57,805 bases of DNA, filler included, from Sphacelaria rigidula (GCA_964200075.2; 9 parts of 9 records of this genome joined end to end with filler, not necessarily neighbours in it); one strand, 5' to 3'. Positions 1 through 12,869 are shown, counted from the first letter of the whole stretch. Notes: a model not told the origin generated them from the letters alone. Made by a program: numbers and translations.

Positions 1-332
1 GGTCCGTTGAACCTCACCCAAATGTTGTACCTCAAAAACAAATCCAGGTTGTTTTATATAAACGGCACCGACATGCTCAGGTTATCATGAACTGTGAACT
101 GTATACGGGGCGCGGGAATCGTAGTTTTTGGCAAGGAATGCAACGACGCAACCATACTGCAGTACAGGCAGTTTTTATTATTAGCACGGAACACGTGATT
201 TGAACGAGACACAAGATAAAGCATTCACATGATGATACCTGAGCGTTTTGGTACTGAAACGAGTCCACCAGTCCCTCCACTACCTACCGTATGGAGAGAT
301 GGATACCGCGTGTAAATACAAGATGAGTTACG

Positions 333-465
333 GGCAGACCTTCATTTTCGAGTAGAAGGGCCCAGCCGAGACCACTCCGGTTTCACCGCCGTGATCCGAG
401 ACTGCAACGTCACAAACACCGAAATAAATTGAAATTGGGAGCGCCCTGGACACAGGGCAATCTAT
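333..465. repeat. ~133-bp dispersed repeat, copy 1 (direct copy at 2661-2793)
   Basis: GGCAGACCTTCATTTT...GGGAGCGCCCTGG(A/G)CACAGGGCAATCTAT occurs at both positions with scattered substitutions. Confidence 0.85.
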
Positions 466-1051
466 GAAAACCTGGTTCCAATTTTCCAATTTCACGTCGT
501 GAATTTGGTTTCTGCTCCGGGTAAAAAAATCGACAAACCGATCTTTTGCGACTCGTTTTTTGCTTTTCATTTTTCCACTCTAGAACCCCTATTGATTTTG
601 GTTTTCTGGGAATAACTTTGTCAAACAGAAACCAAACGAATCTTGGCCCAAGGGGCACCTGGACAGACAGCAGTTAATGCTGCCCACCTAGTATCATCCT
701 TAAAAAAAAGTCTTGAGTGAGAATTGTGACGCCCAGCGTGCAGCTGCTTGACGCGACCACTGCGTTCTGCCACGGACCCTTCCCCACGTACCCGACAAGG
801 GGGCAACATCCCCGTACAAACAGCAGCAATGATAATGCTAGCGGTTCTTACGTCCTGACAGTCTGGCAGCCGGCAAGGTGATTATTGTAGTGTCCTTCTA
901 GCGACATCAACTTACAGTGCGCTGGAGCAGAGTTTTCAGGAGAATATTTCTACGATTGCCTCACCTGCAGTTCGCCCAGATGTTGCGGATTTTTTTCACG
1001 ATATCATCGAGTAGCATTACATGCGAAAATGTACCAGACCCTGCATCATAT

Positions 1052-1470
1052 ATATAACACGGGATTTCACAAATTGGGGATGAGAAACCCGGAGAACTCA
1101 AATTTTCGTATCCACACCAAATCTTCGAAATATGGTTCCATTTCTTCACCTACTGATAGCTGTTGACAACTGCTACACGCCATAGAGATTTGGATTTCGA
1201 CCACCGAAATGTTGGGGTCCTAGGTCAAGAACCAATTTCGGAATCATTTTGGCGTCCGTTCGGACACCAAGAATTCCCCAAAATTGTTTTTTTTACCCAG
1301 GATCCCAACGTCTCGGTTAGCGAAATCCAAATTTCTATGACGTGTAGCAGTCGTCGATAGCCATCAGTAGGTGGAGAAATGGAACCATGTTTCGAAGATT
1401 TGGTGTGGACACACGAAGATTTTATTTCTCCGGGTTTCTCATCCCCAATTTGTAAGATCCTGTGTTATAT
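1052..1470. mobile_element. Foldback/MITE-like element with ~190-bp inverted arms
   Basis: 1052-1238 is the imperfect reverse complement of 1281-1470; termini ATATAACAC...GTGTTATAT in a TA-rich context. Confidence 0.8.
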
Positions 1471-1548
1471 GTGGAAATGTACCAGATCCTGAACAAAGAT
1501 TTCCTCAGCCAGCAGGAACACGATGTTAAAAGTGTACTACGCACAGTC

Positions 1549-1800
1549 AGTGTGTTGTGTGTGTGTTGTCGTCCGATCTATTCTGGACGCCGGTCTACAC
1601 CTTTCGGTGTATGTGGGGGCACCAGCCGGGGTCACACAGGAGAAAGGCCAACGCAGTAGTTTTTTATTTTTCGTTTGTTTTAGTGCCCCATCTTCCTTCT
1701 GCGGTGTTCGCCTTCTTTTTTAAGGCGAGGAGGGTTCAGCAGTCGCTTTCCCTCGTTGATCTTTGGGTCGAGTTTGTGGGTAACAATCTCCACGATGTGG
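1549..1800 (-). mobile_element. 3' body and (CA)n tail of tRNA-derived SINE family 1
   Basis: Aligns with 25355-25560 (GTCTACACCTTTCGGT...CCAGCCGGGGTCACAC...CTTCCTTCTGCGGTG...GGTTCAGCAGTC); GT-rich tail at 1549-1568 on the plus strand. Confidence 0.7.
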
Positions 1801-3126
1801 GATGTTACAGGCGGCTTTCGCGCCGTAGAGGTTGTGTTAACATACAGCTTCGCCTATGATACAGGCAGCCATTACATCAGCGGGGGCAGTCTTTCACTCC
1901 TGCGTGCGCCACCTGGTACAAACGCACGCTATAGCTGCAACACGGACAGCTCCACAAGATGTGGCGTAGCAATATAGCGCGTAGCGAGGGGTGATATCCC
2001 GCGTACACGTTGGCCGCAGGTACGAGCGGCTGCGTTCATGATGTGGTGAACTGCATAGGACAGCGCGAAATCAATGTAGGACAGGGATAGGCTAAGGATG
2101 TCACATCCTGCGGTGTGCTGTCACCCTGCGGTTGGTACGCAGTGTACGCAGTGTCGAACACAGCAGCAAGCAGCACATTTCATGTACATGATGTGTGTTC
2201 TGAGACCGATGCGCACACACACAGCAACTATTATTGCCATTATCCATCGATCTGTGGGTTCCACCCCCCCTCCCCTACTGCGGCCCCAGAATGAGGTTCG
2301 CACGACCTGGGGAGGGTAGTGCCGTCATTTCCCGATATGGGCCCCCGCGACCCGGCGTGCACCTGCTTAACGCTTGACACTGTCTCCTGTCTGCCCGAGA
2401 AACAGCAGTTTGCAACTTATAGTCTATGGCACACCGAATAGCAAGTCCTACACGTGTACGTGAAAACAGGCATAGTAGTGACTGTGACTAGCGCGGGACG
2501 ACCTAGCGGGAATTTACCGGGAAACGGCTCGCGTCTCAGCGCCGGCTTGCTGCGGGCCCTTGCGAATGTAGGGCGACGGCAATAACACGAACACGGTTTA
2601 TACTTCAACACAACTTCACGCTTCCGTGCAACGACACATCACCATACCCCGGGTGCGTGCGGCAGACCTTCATTTTAGAGTAGAAGGACCCAGCCGAGAC
2701 CACTCTGGTTTCACCGCCGCAATACGAGACCGCAACATCACAAACACCTGAATGAATTGAAATTGGGAGCGCCCTGGGCACAGGGCAATCTATCAAGTTA
2801 GAGCGGATGATATAACCCACTCTCAATCATCTCTCTCCTCTCAATATCACGAAAACGCTGTTTGCTGTGTAAAACGTGAGCGATGCCGTCGTCTCATTCT
2901 TGATTGTTGCATCCATGTTGTACATCAGTAGCTCCACAAGATGGAATGACCCCCCAAGCTTACGAGTGTTACACACATGCCACTACAGCAGCGTCAACCC
3001 TGCAAGATTTTGTCGTTTCACTGAAGCTCATTACTGTATTTCATCACCCATGAAGACGTACGACACGAGCCATCCATGTGTTCGTTCGCTACAGCAGCTT
3101 CCGTGACGGAGTCCCGCGAGAGGCCT

Positions 3127-5872
3127 TCACGGAGCGCTACTGGTGCTTTTTATCATCTTCCGGTCCAAGTTTTGTATTGCCTCACTCAGAACACTGTCAG
3201 CGGTTGCGTAGGACGGAGAGTCAACAGTGGGTCAGAGAGAGAGAGAGAGAGTAGAATAGAGGGGGGCGGAGGAGGGGCAATGGTAAGGCAAGTGTTAGCA
3301 AATGACAAATCGATCATGGTGGGGCGCACACGCATCGAACACACCCCGTGTGTCAGCATTTCATTGTGAATTTCTGCTGTCAACCGCAAATACATAAATA
3401 TATACTCTAAAATGTGCAAAAATGCGCTATTCTGGTGTATGGGACCTTACGAAGGCAATGGATTCGCAGTTAGGACAAATAAAATCGCGCAACTCATGTT
3501 ATCATTTGTAATTCATACAGGTTTCGAGCTCTTGCGTCGTGCAGCACACCGTCAACGGTACCCGTTTTCCACCTCCGGGTCATAGGGGGTAGATCATGGA
3601 CACATGTCAACCCCCTGTAGAAAAATGCGGAATGGATCGATTGTACATGCCATCCACACTTACCATGAGGCGTGAATGGCATCTACATCGATACCATGCG
3701 TACGCCTCCGTGCGGGACGAAGAATGGGCACATCGTTGAATCCTCTCATCACATGGGCCTTGCATCAGTCGAACTCCCAATCTGTACGCGGTTGAAATGA
3801 CTGAACTGCATATGTTATTCACCGTCGGGTGCATGCAGGACCAACACTTGATTACAGGTTGACTCCAGTCATGTCATGAGGAGTAAACTCGTTTAAACCG
3901 TGATTCGTCCTAAGCGTGCAAAGCTGAGCTCGGGTGTTTGCGGCAGTAAACTTGTTGTCAAAATCAAATCGCTCATTTGTGAGGGTGCGCGTACTTTCTC
4001 CGAATTTTTGTAGAGAGGAAAATCGACGGAAAACAACCACGGTTAGAACGAAAGAAAAAAACGTGATTCAATTCATGTTCGTCATCCCAACGAATAAATC
4101 ATACGAGTCGTACATCATTTGTAATTCATACAGGTTTCGAGCTCTTGTGTCGTGCAGTACACCGTCAACGGTACCTGTTTCCTACCTCTGGGTCATAGGG
4201 GGTAGATCATGGACACCTGTCAACCCCCTGTAGAAAAATGCGGACTGGATCGATTGTACATGCCACCCACACTTACCATGAGGCGTGAATAGCATATACA
4301 TTTATGTCATGCGTATGCCTCCGTGCGGGACGAAGAATGGGCACATTGTTGAATCCTCTCATCACATGGACCTTGCATCAGTCGAACTCTTCTCTCAATC
4401 TGTATGCGGTTGAGATGACTGCACTGCATATGTTATTCAACGTCGGATGCATGCGGGACCAACACTTTATTACAGGTTGACTCCAGTCATGTCATGAGGG
4501 GTAAACTCATATAGATCTTGATGTGTCCCAACCGTGAATGGATTATATAAAATATCTCAGACATGATTAGAAGACCTGGGATTTTCAATTTCGATGCTCC
4601 CGCTCCACCCAAGCCCTCATCATACCGACGTTGTATCCCGACCCGAAACTGACAATTAAAAACAGCATTCTCCCCGAACTAGACAACAAGGTACATCACG
4701 AAATATATGTTCCCATACATGTTTGTGTGCGTACCTGGCTTTTTCTCGTCGGAATGCCAACGCTAGCCGCTCTCGCACGCTGCCACTAACGTTGTCTGCA
4801 CCGGCATCTTCGGGACGCACCTGCTCTAACTCCGTCTCGCACAAGCGCTTGAGCGCCTATGGACGTCCAAAAATGCCATCCAAACGAGCAATATGGACAC
4901 ACAGAATGATCACACGAGAATGTACCGTGCACAAAAACAGGCGCTTCACAGGCGCTCAGTCTGCGCATCGACCTTTTCAAGGGCAGGTCGGGTAGGGTAT
5001 GTACTTTTGAATGCTCCGGCGAAATACCCGGGTATTTACTCTACTCAAGGTTTGGGTAGATTGGGTACGGCCTCAAATACTCTCACCAAATTTTTGGGTA
5101 GATTGGGTACGACCTCAAATGCTTTACCCGAATGTTGGGTAAGCACACTCAGCAATACCTGGATATAAAGTATCATTTGAGTATGACGTCAATGCTCTCT
5201 CCAAATTTTGGGTTTGTTGGGCACGATCAAAATTATTTCACACCATTTTGGGGTAGATTGGGTACGAATCCCCACCAATGCGGTAGCGGTAGCATTCAAG
5301 CTCAAGCATGAGAACCGTGTCGAGGCATACGAATCGAGTGCATGAAAACACAAACGAACGCCAACAATTCGCAAAGCACCTACGATATTTCGCGAGGTTT
5401 ATGGTAAGTTCGTCCTCACAAGAACTCGATATACACAACAAGTCTAAGGGGGACAAGCGGCCCACACCTTCCAGACCAACGAGTCTCCTTCTGTGTCCAC
5501 TTGAAGGAGAAAGCGCAGTCCCTCCAGCGTCGCCATGCTCACGACATCAGGTCCTATCACCCGTGACGTGAAAATAGCAGTGTACACGGCAAATAATGTA
5601 TTGATCGTTCGTGACACAACCAGTTGAACAACCGTATTGTCACCGTTGTTCGCGGACACAACGAGTCAGAGAAGCATTCGAACTGCCGATGAAAACGCAC
5701 GAGATATGACAGAGAAGGCGGAAACAAAAAATGGTGGTCGATCCATCCCTCGTCGAAGCTTTTGGCATGGATTGCGTACACATCACACTCCCCTGGAGGT
5801 TTGACGTACGACCGATTCTTGTCGGTCCATGTCTGACCACAGCCGACACTAGACCGCTTCTCATCCGTGTGG
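3127..5872 (-). CDS. 3' exons of a SET-domain protein-lysine methyltransferase (Rubisco LSMT substrate-binding domain C-terminus); exons 5813-5872, 5468-5553, 4735-4856, 3127-3193
   Basis: AG/GT-bounded, phase-compatible exons splice to ...GPDVVSMATLEGLRFLLQVDTEGDSLVWK|ALKRLCETELEQVRPEDAGADNVSGSVRERLALAFRREKAS|VLSEAIQNLDRKMIKSTSSAP*. RERLALAFRREKxxVL resembles the end of the LSMT substrate-binding domain. The 5813-5872 exon has a weaker donor. Confidence 0.7.
3501..4508. repeat. Near-tandem ~390-bp direct duplication (3501-3890 and 4114-4508) inside the last intron of the SET gene
   Basis: ATCATTTGTAATTCATACAGG...CATGTCATGAGG(A/G)GTAAACTC repeated with high identity. Confidence 0.9.
4978..5270. 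mobile_element. End of minisatellite-bearing hAT-like MITE family (same family as 40848-42282)
   Basis: CAAGGGCAGGTCGGGTAGGGTAT terminus followed by repeated TTGGGTAGATTGGGTACGACCTCAAATACTC units. Confidence 0.75.
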
Positions 5873-6335
5873 CTGGAGAACACACATGCTACAGACACGA
5901 CGCCAAAAGAACTGTAAAACCATCTATGGACGTAGTGTCCAATGTCTCGATTCAAGGTTGCTGTCAAAATTGTGCTTGATATCAACCCTCTCCCTTCTAG
6001 AAATACAGTAGTGGGCGATCTAACTATTCAGCGGGGTTTGGGGGTTTTCCTCGCGTTCTGCTGTTCGATAGACCTCGAAATTGGTAGCGTCGGTAGATTT
6101 TGGTATAATGAACAGATGATACTCAGAACACAGTGCCCAAGTCAGTGCTAGTTGGTGTTATCGGGCGAAACGAGTAAATACCCAGTTCATCAGGAGGGTG
6201 TTATTGACTGTGAAACACAGTTTTTCGGATCTAGTGCAGTGAGGAGGAAGAGTTTCAAAAAAATATGATCGGGACAGGCTCGATCGACCGAAAATACCGA
6301 AGAGTAAGAATCTGGGCTGAAACGTCGCAGGACCC

Positions 6336-6435
6336 NNNNNNNNNNNNNNNNNNNNNNNNNNNNNNNNNNNNNNNNNNNNTTAATTAATTAANNNNNNNNN
6401 NNNNNNNNNNNNNNNNNNNNNNNNNNNNNNNNNNN
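6336..6435. other. Artificial contig linker
   Basis: N44-TTAATTAATTAA-N44 (stops in all six frames). Confidence 0.98.
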
Positions 6436-6948
6436 CTTTCGTGCAAGACAGATATGCCACTTCAGCCCCATATTTTGTTTGAACCCCAAAATATAAAATC
6501 GGCTGTTATATGATGGTAAAAAAAAGAATGCACGCAAGAACCTCACGTGTGCTGTGAAACACGAAAGACTGTCGGGTTGATTACGGTAGGTGGATGGCCT
6601 CGGCCGGCGTTGGGACCTTTTTACAGAGATATACCGATCTCAACGTTAGTAAATTGCACGTTCATCATCCCTGAAAGTCTTGGCTGAATTTTTTCTAACT
6701 TGGTTGGTCGATGGGTAGGTATCTTGATTGCAAAAGAAGTATTGCACAATCCGCCCTCCCTTGAAATGTAGTTGAATTTCTCAAATTTTGCAGATCGACG
6801 ATGAAATGTGCTTGTTGTCATATCGGGTGGATGACTCGATGACATGATCTCGGTATGTGACCGGCGTTGAGGCCCTTTTCTACAGGGATGTACCGCTCTC
6901 GACGTCAGGTATTACACTATACGATTTCACTTTCGAGTACAGGTAGAT

Positions 6949-7197
6949 GACACTTTCTACGATAGCCCCCCCCAAAAAAGTGCATGGTTTTGGGAGGCAA
7001 ACTTTTCACGTAAATCGAAATGGGAAACGCCGAGCACAGCGAGCAGCTGGGAATTCCCACGCTTGGGTTCGTTCTTGCCAATGTTGCTAATATGAGGCGC
7101 TTCATGCAGCCTGAACCCAAACATTAGACTCTGTATGGCCATTTTTTTCGTGACACTTTTTGGCTGGTTTTGGGGGGGGGTTATCGTAGAAAGTGTC
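6949..7197. mobile_element. 249-bp MITE with ~23-bp TIRs and 4-bp AGAT target duplication, inserted in a ~250-bp tandem duplication
   Basis: GACACTTTCTACGATAGCCCCCC...GGGGGGTTATCGTAGAAAGTGTC flanked by AGAT/AGAT; the same end occurs at 19304-19380; removing it restores a copy of the 6600-6760 unit. Confidence 0.85.
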
Positions 7198-7965
7198 AGA
7201 TGTTCTCTAACTTGCTGTGTAGAAGGGTAGGTATCTTGATCGCATAGAAAGTATTGCACGATCCGTCCTCCCTAGGGCGCAAATTGCTCTTGGTTGGACG
7301 GAGTTGTAACCTGGTGAATTGACCAAAACGGCGCGGGCATGTTCACACAACATGGATAAACAAGTGTGTAACTGAAAGCAAGGATGTGTAAGATACAGAT
7401 GATTGTTGAGATGTGAATCTTTGTGGAAAGATTTCTGTTCGATTATATCAGTCGGTGGAGTGAGATATCATTATATTGATGAGATCTGGTGACTAATACG
7501 ATTCTGGATATTTCCTCAAATTTTCACTGTGTCGCGTCGAGCCTCAATTCTCGGTGAGGCTCGATATTTGAAATTGTTTATTCTGCGATAGGTGGCAAGC
7601 TAAAGTGGGGTGGACGCGAGCCGGCAACGAGCACAACCCCCCGCTGCATGGATCTCTCGGTGAACATCGGTGGAGAGAGAAAACAACGCTCCACGATGCA
7701 AATGCCCCCCAGCGCCGTAGCCCGAAGCGAGGGGGGCAAGAGAGGGACGCAGATCGTTTGGAAGCAAAAAATGAGGGGGGGCAGGATGTGATGTCATGTT
7801 GTGCTTTTCATTACGCGTGTTGAAAACAGTTGAGCAAAACTTTCGCTCTGCCGGTTTGCTGTTCGCTAAGTAAAAGTTTGGTTGATTGACAGTATGTGCT
7901 GAGAATTATTGCTCCGCCGAATTGCGATGTAAGAGTTGCATAGTCTTTGACTGAAATATATTTCC

Positions 7966-8170
7966 TGTTTTTCTGTTTGGAAGATTGATGTGTCGAAGAT
8001 TTGAAAATAGGGCATGTGCACCTGATGATGCGCACGCTGTCCTTCGAAAGATGAGCGTGAGGGTTTCTCTGTTTTTCTGTTTGGAAGATTGATAACTCAG
8101 AGTTTGAAAAACAGGGCATGTGCACTTGATGATGCGCACGCTGTACTGCAAGATGAGCGTGAGAGTTTTG
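7966..8170. repeat. Tandem duplication of a ~103-bp unit
   Basis: CTGTTTTTCTGTTTGGAAGATTGAT...GGGCATGTGCAC(C/T)TGATGATGCGCACGCTGT...AAGATGAGCGTGAG present twice. Confidence 0.85.
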
Positions 8171-11100
8171 ATTTCGTACTATGCTGCAGAGTTGGATGCA
8201 TGTCTGAACCGATACTCGGTGTGCACTGTATTGCTTGCACCATGGGGAAGCGCAGAACATTAGAGTTTGCTCGCAAATTTCCAAACATTATGGTTATCAT
8301 TACTATTCCAGTTCTGAGAGAGCTTGGTTTTGCATCTTGGAACGGTGATCGGGATCTTTGAGCGCAAGAAATGGAATGAGACACGGAGATTTTTCAAGTA
8401 CTGTAACTTTTCGAAAGAAGGGGCGCATATATGATTCTGGTATATATTGTCTATGGGGGGGCAGGTGCGATTTTTCTCCGAAAGTACCTGTTCAGTGACG
8501 TGAGTAGCCTTGAGGGATATCCCCGCTCACAGGATGAATCGTTGTCTAGGTTGGTTTCCCGTGAGCCTACTACTGAAACGACTGCCCAAGGGGGTGTTGA
8601 GGTGAACAGTTTTTTCAGTGTAGTCTACACTACTGATCAGCCACGATACAGAGGTATCCGTCTTCACGGGTTGTGACAGTTACATGCGGTGGGATTTGAT
8701 ACCGCAGTAGGCGTATGTCTTGTACTCACGTACGCAATGTCTGGGAACTCCGCTTACCACGGGTTTGGGTAGCCACACGAGTTCACTTCCCTCTCTTCCT
8801 TCTCTTTCCCTCCTTGACTTGCTGAGTCAAGCTATGTAATACTACTCATCTACAACAACATGATCGGCTCAGCCGTGTCCTTTGATCGACTTCATCAGTC
8901 GCGTCTAGCTGTCCCTGTTTACGGATCACGTATCAAGGAACAACCTGGGGGGTGGGGGAGCGCACTAAGCACAAAAAATGCACTTCACTGATGATTGCTT
9001 ACTCGATTGCCGCGTGTTCACTGACCTCGATCACGTCGTGATCACAAGACGAAAGGAACCGCATCAAGGATTCCCACGCATTCCTCGCCGTAAATACTGA
9101 ATACTAGCCTGACCCGACGATGGTTTACTTGGAAAAACAGACGGGGTGTGTGTCGATATATGCCACTTACTATAACTAGTGTCGGGCAGACTGTACAGGC
9201 GCTGCATCTATGTCGGCACGGCGCACGCGCATGACTTCGGGGACAAGCCAAGGCACAAGCCGCTCGGATGTAGAAAAGGCGTGAAAGATTACATGAGGCG
9301 AATCGATCTGCATGGCTACTGAACCAATCAACCGCTCGATTTCTACCGTGCTCCATCACCTGTTGTATCAAGCATTCCAAGCATCCATCCTTCGCTGAAC
9401 GAACAGCATCAACAGTCACTCACCTTAATTGCCTTACTACACCATTTTGAGTCCATGCGTTCAATCACAACGTAATGATATCGACGTGGCACGGCCGCCA
9501 CAACAACAACCTGGTTCACACTGAAACCGCGTTGCCGAACGACGTAGAAACTCGAAAGTGGGATAGTGTTCCAAACGTGTGAAACGTTGTATCAGGTGAG
9601 GTGGTCTCCTAGTAGGTTCTACGCCTTACTTTTTTTCGAACGAACGTCTAACCTAGAGGCATCCTGCACGAGATGCCCGTTTCTAGTTCCTTGCTCATCA
9701 TATTTTTTCTGTATTTCTTTCTTTCGTGTCCTCATTTGCATAATCTTCACTGTATTCGTCAGTGGGACCAGCTATTATTCGTGTTTTTCCCTTCCTTCAG
9801 ATTCTACATTATATTCCATGTATTTTCTTCTCCCGTTTATGTTTACTTCACCTCGTATGTTTGATCACCATTCTTTCTTTGCCGTTTCCCTTTCTCGGGG
9901 TTTCTTGAGTAAGAGTTTCCGTTTTATTGAATTCCGGTGCGTCTATCCTGAGCGTACGGCTGGACCCCTCTTGTGCGGCAACCAAATAAGTTGAAGTAAT
10001 AAAGCGTCCAACGGCAGAACACCAGGCACATGAGAAAGCCGAGCAGCCTCAACAAATTTTGACCCAGGATTTCGCGTGTCCTCATGGAGGATGGAGCTGG
10101 CCTCAACAGGTCGGCTAAAGCATCAGTTTTGCTTCAGCATGCTCTCTGCTCGTACAGGTGCCTGAGTGACGACGATCCGCGAAATTCTGGAGGCATCGAT
10201 CTTCACACCTGCCGGTGCTCAATGTTGTCTTTCCTTTTCAGCCAGAGGCCCACTGCTGCGTTTCTGCTCGCTACCACCACTAGGCAAATTCGCTTTTCAC
10301 GGTGCCGCGGATACGGTAATCATGCGAGCCAGAGCACCCGCCGGGGTTATCTCACCTTGATGCCACAAAAAACAAGAACGACATGATTCAATTCGGATTT
10401 CACGCTTTCACACCGGTATCGTGGTCAGCGGGACGGGGTGCAGCCACTCCGGGAATACACCCGAATTTCGGCTTGACGTTACCTGCTACTGCGAGTGACT
10501 CCGGGACGCTTGTTTACCCGCAGTAGTTTGTCTCAGAACTTTAGTATCGCGCTGTATATCCACCATCGGGGTGACCTGGGTCTGCGTTTTGTGCTGTGTT
10601 ACGTCGTGTCGTGTCTTGTCGTATGCTTTGCGCGCCAGCACTCTTTCGCGGATCCCGTATATAGCAATACCGTAGTACGTACCAGCAAAGCCGCTGTGAC
10701 CTTATTCAGCAGCGCACTCATCGGGGTCACTGCACCAGGGGGCGAAAAAAAGACGAGGGCGAAATGGTTTCAATAGCGATCGCACCCCAGGGCCTTTGCT
10801 CGCATGATTACGGTATACGCACACACATATTTCACGTGCCGTTCTTGAGCAATGCCACGGTCGGGGTGCAGATTGTTCTTCCTGTGGCTCTTTGCTGTAG
10901 GAGCCTCTCGATGACAAATATCTGGGCCTTAGTGTGCAGCCTCAGAAAACGTTTGGACTAAAAAGTGCACCCCTAGCACGGAATCACTCTTTTCGAAACA
11001 TCGGCGCGATTATCCCCAACACTTTTGTTGCGATGGAGTCGCCCCCCCCCCCCCGCGCTCCTGTGGCTGCCTCTGGAATTGATGCCAGAAAATGAAGCAA

Positions 11101-11712
11101 CTCATCCGAGGCTGTCATGCATATGAAGATTATCAATACGCTTCGGGCCGAACAATCTTCGCAGTATGCAAGTCATCCCTTATACGACCCGACGAGCACA
11201 TCACGGTGCTTCGCGCTTGGTTGTGATTGATTGCGAGAATGGTCCAGCGAAAACCCGGCGTGCTCCGTCCCGGCGTTGTGGGGATGTGAGGCCGATGGTC
11301 TTGTGGCTATGGCATGCAAGATCACGAGTACACCCCCACACCACACCCTCTCAGCCCCCGTGTTCCGGAGCTAAGTACAAAGCCGTGGGTTTGACAGTGC
11401 TACAAAACACACACCGGCAATCAGTGACATCTGTGGAGAGGTACTCTCGGAACAGAAAGTGCACAACAAGCCGGATATCTTGAGTAGGCGATCTGACTAC
11501 CGACAACACACGGATCCAGATACCAGAATACAATATTGGTGAGCCTTCGCCGCACGACCGTTTCTGCTGGCGGCCGACCAACCTTCGAATGTGAAAAACT
11601 ACAGCGGAAGAATCCCCATGACTCCTCGAGCAACATATTCCCAACATACACACTCTGAGCGGGAAGCAATTACAAAGAAGAAAAAGTGCATGTCCATCCA
11701 CAGTTTTTCCCA

Positions 11713-11910
11713 TCATGAAGGAGGGGCTTTGCTGAACTCGCTCTTCGATACCTCGACCTGATCACCATGCAGCTCGTACACGTAAGTCACGCACTTAGCC
11801 CCCTGCACCGCCAGCAGTATGAAGCTCGGGACGGGTTCCGTCTCAAGGGCAGAATAAGCTCCCGTTATTGAGCCGGGATTGATGAACCAACGTCCGCCGA
11901 ATTCGTTCAC
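11713..11910 (-). CDS. VPS29: Retromer subunit VPS29, terminal exon
   Basis: CAG acceptor at 11913-11911, then VNEFGGRWFINPGSITGAYSALETEPVPSFILLAVQGAKCVTYVYELHGDQVEVSKSEFSK, the hallmark VPS29 C-terminus (INPGSxTGA, PSF, YVYEL); TGA at 11715-11713. Confidence 0.95.
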   Translation of the reverse strand: MNEFGGRWFINPGSITGAYSALETEPVPSFILLAVQGAKCVTYVYELHGDQVEVSKSEFSKAPPS

Positions 11911-12002
11911 CTGTGCATACGACGCCGCGTGCGTATGACCATGCGGGGAAAAGGCACGTTCATCGATTGACTGAGGTGGATAACCGGCGTTGGGCTACGA
12001 TA

Positions 12003-12769
12003 TGTCCATGGTTGACACATTTTACAACTATCGCCATCATACCCCCAACTCTAACCCCAACCCGAGGCATACCGAGTACCGTCGGGCAAGGGAGGTACAT
12101 AGGGTTCCCAAGGCAAAGTGCGGCCTTGGTAGACCCTAGATCGGCGCGTGTGGCGCCGATTTCGGACGAAAACGCGTTCTGCGCACGCTAGGAACACACG
12201 GGTTTGTCAGCCCCACTAAAGATCCGATCCTCGTTGTTCACACTCAAATCAAGCAATATCAACCATGGACATTTGGCAGCCCAACGACGGTTAGCTCCAC
12301 TGGGTTGACAGGTGGGTTGGGTGCAGCACATTTACTCATCGCCGAGGGATTCAGTCGTGGTAGAAGGGTAAGCGTATCCAAGGCAAGCAACACGGAAGCG
12401 CTCGCCGAAGAAAGCTCCAGAAACGGCAAAGATGAAACAGTATAGAAGAAAAATAAAACGGGATAAACTGCGCAGAAATGAGAGGGATAAAATGAAACAA
12501 AGAACACATAAGGTACCCGTCGGAGAAACAAAAAATACATGGAAAAAAAGAGTAAAGGAAAGGAGAATAACAAAAACAAAAGTCCCGATGGAAAAAAAAA
12601 AAACATGACCATGGGGACATCCCCACCCCTCCCCCTTACCTCTAGACTCTTGGGTTGGCGTCGAGTGACAACGGCGCTGTAAAACAAGCCACCAAAACCT
12701 GGACACATGTACAGACTGCCACCGTACATATACCGGGGACCGCCACTGGAAAACGTTCCGGACCGACAT
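12003..12769 (+). mobile_element. 5' LTR (12003-12271), primer-binding site (12274-12285) and leader of an LTR retrotransposon in the VPS29 intron
   Basis: TGTCCATGGTTGA...TCAACCATGGACA (13-bp perfect terminal inverted repeat, TG..CA) followed by TT-TGGCAGCCCAAC, a TGG-initiated PBS-like sequence. Confidence 0.75.
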
Positions 12770-12869
12770 NNNNNNNNNNNNNNNNNNNNNNNNNNNNNNN
12801 NNNNNNNNNNNNNTTAATTAATTAANNNNNNNNNNNNNNNNNNNNNNNNNNNNNNNNNNNNNNNNNNNN
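12770..12869. other. Artificial contig linker
   Basis: N44-TTAATTAATTAA-N44. Confidence 0.98.

Noticed and set aside
3501..4508. TRIM (LTR-internal-LTR) mini-retrotransposon
   Set aside because: Repeat boundaries are not TG..CA and the spacer has no PBS or PPT
6380..6391. TTAATTAATTAA recurring every ~6434 bp as a possible biological periodic motif
   Set aside because: Always centred in N44 runs; a synthetic linker
12259..12769. Phe-rich 'membrane protein' ORFs (also 9566-9994, 26098-26565)
   Set aside because: Translations of A/T-tract TE sequence, open in several frames
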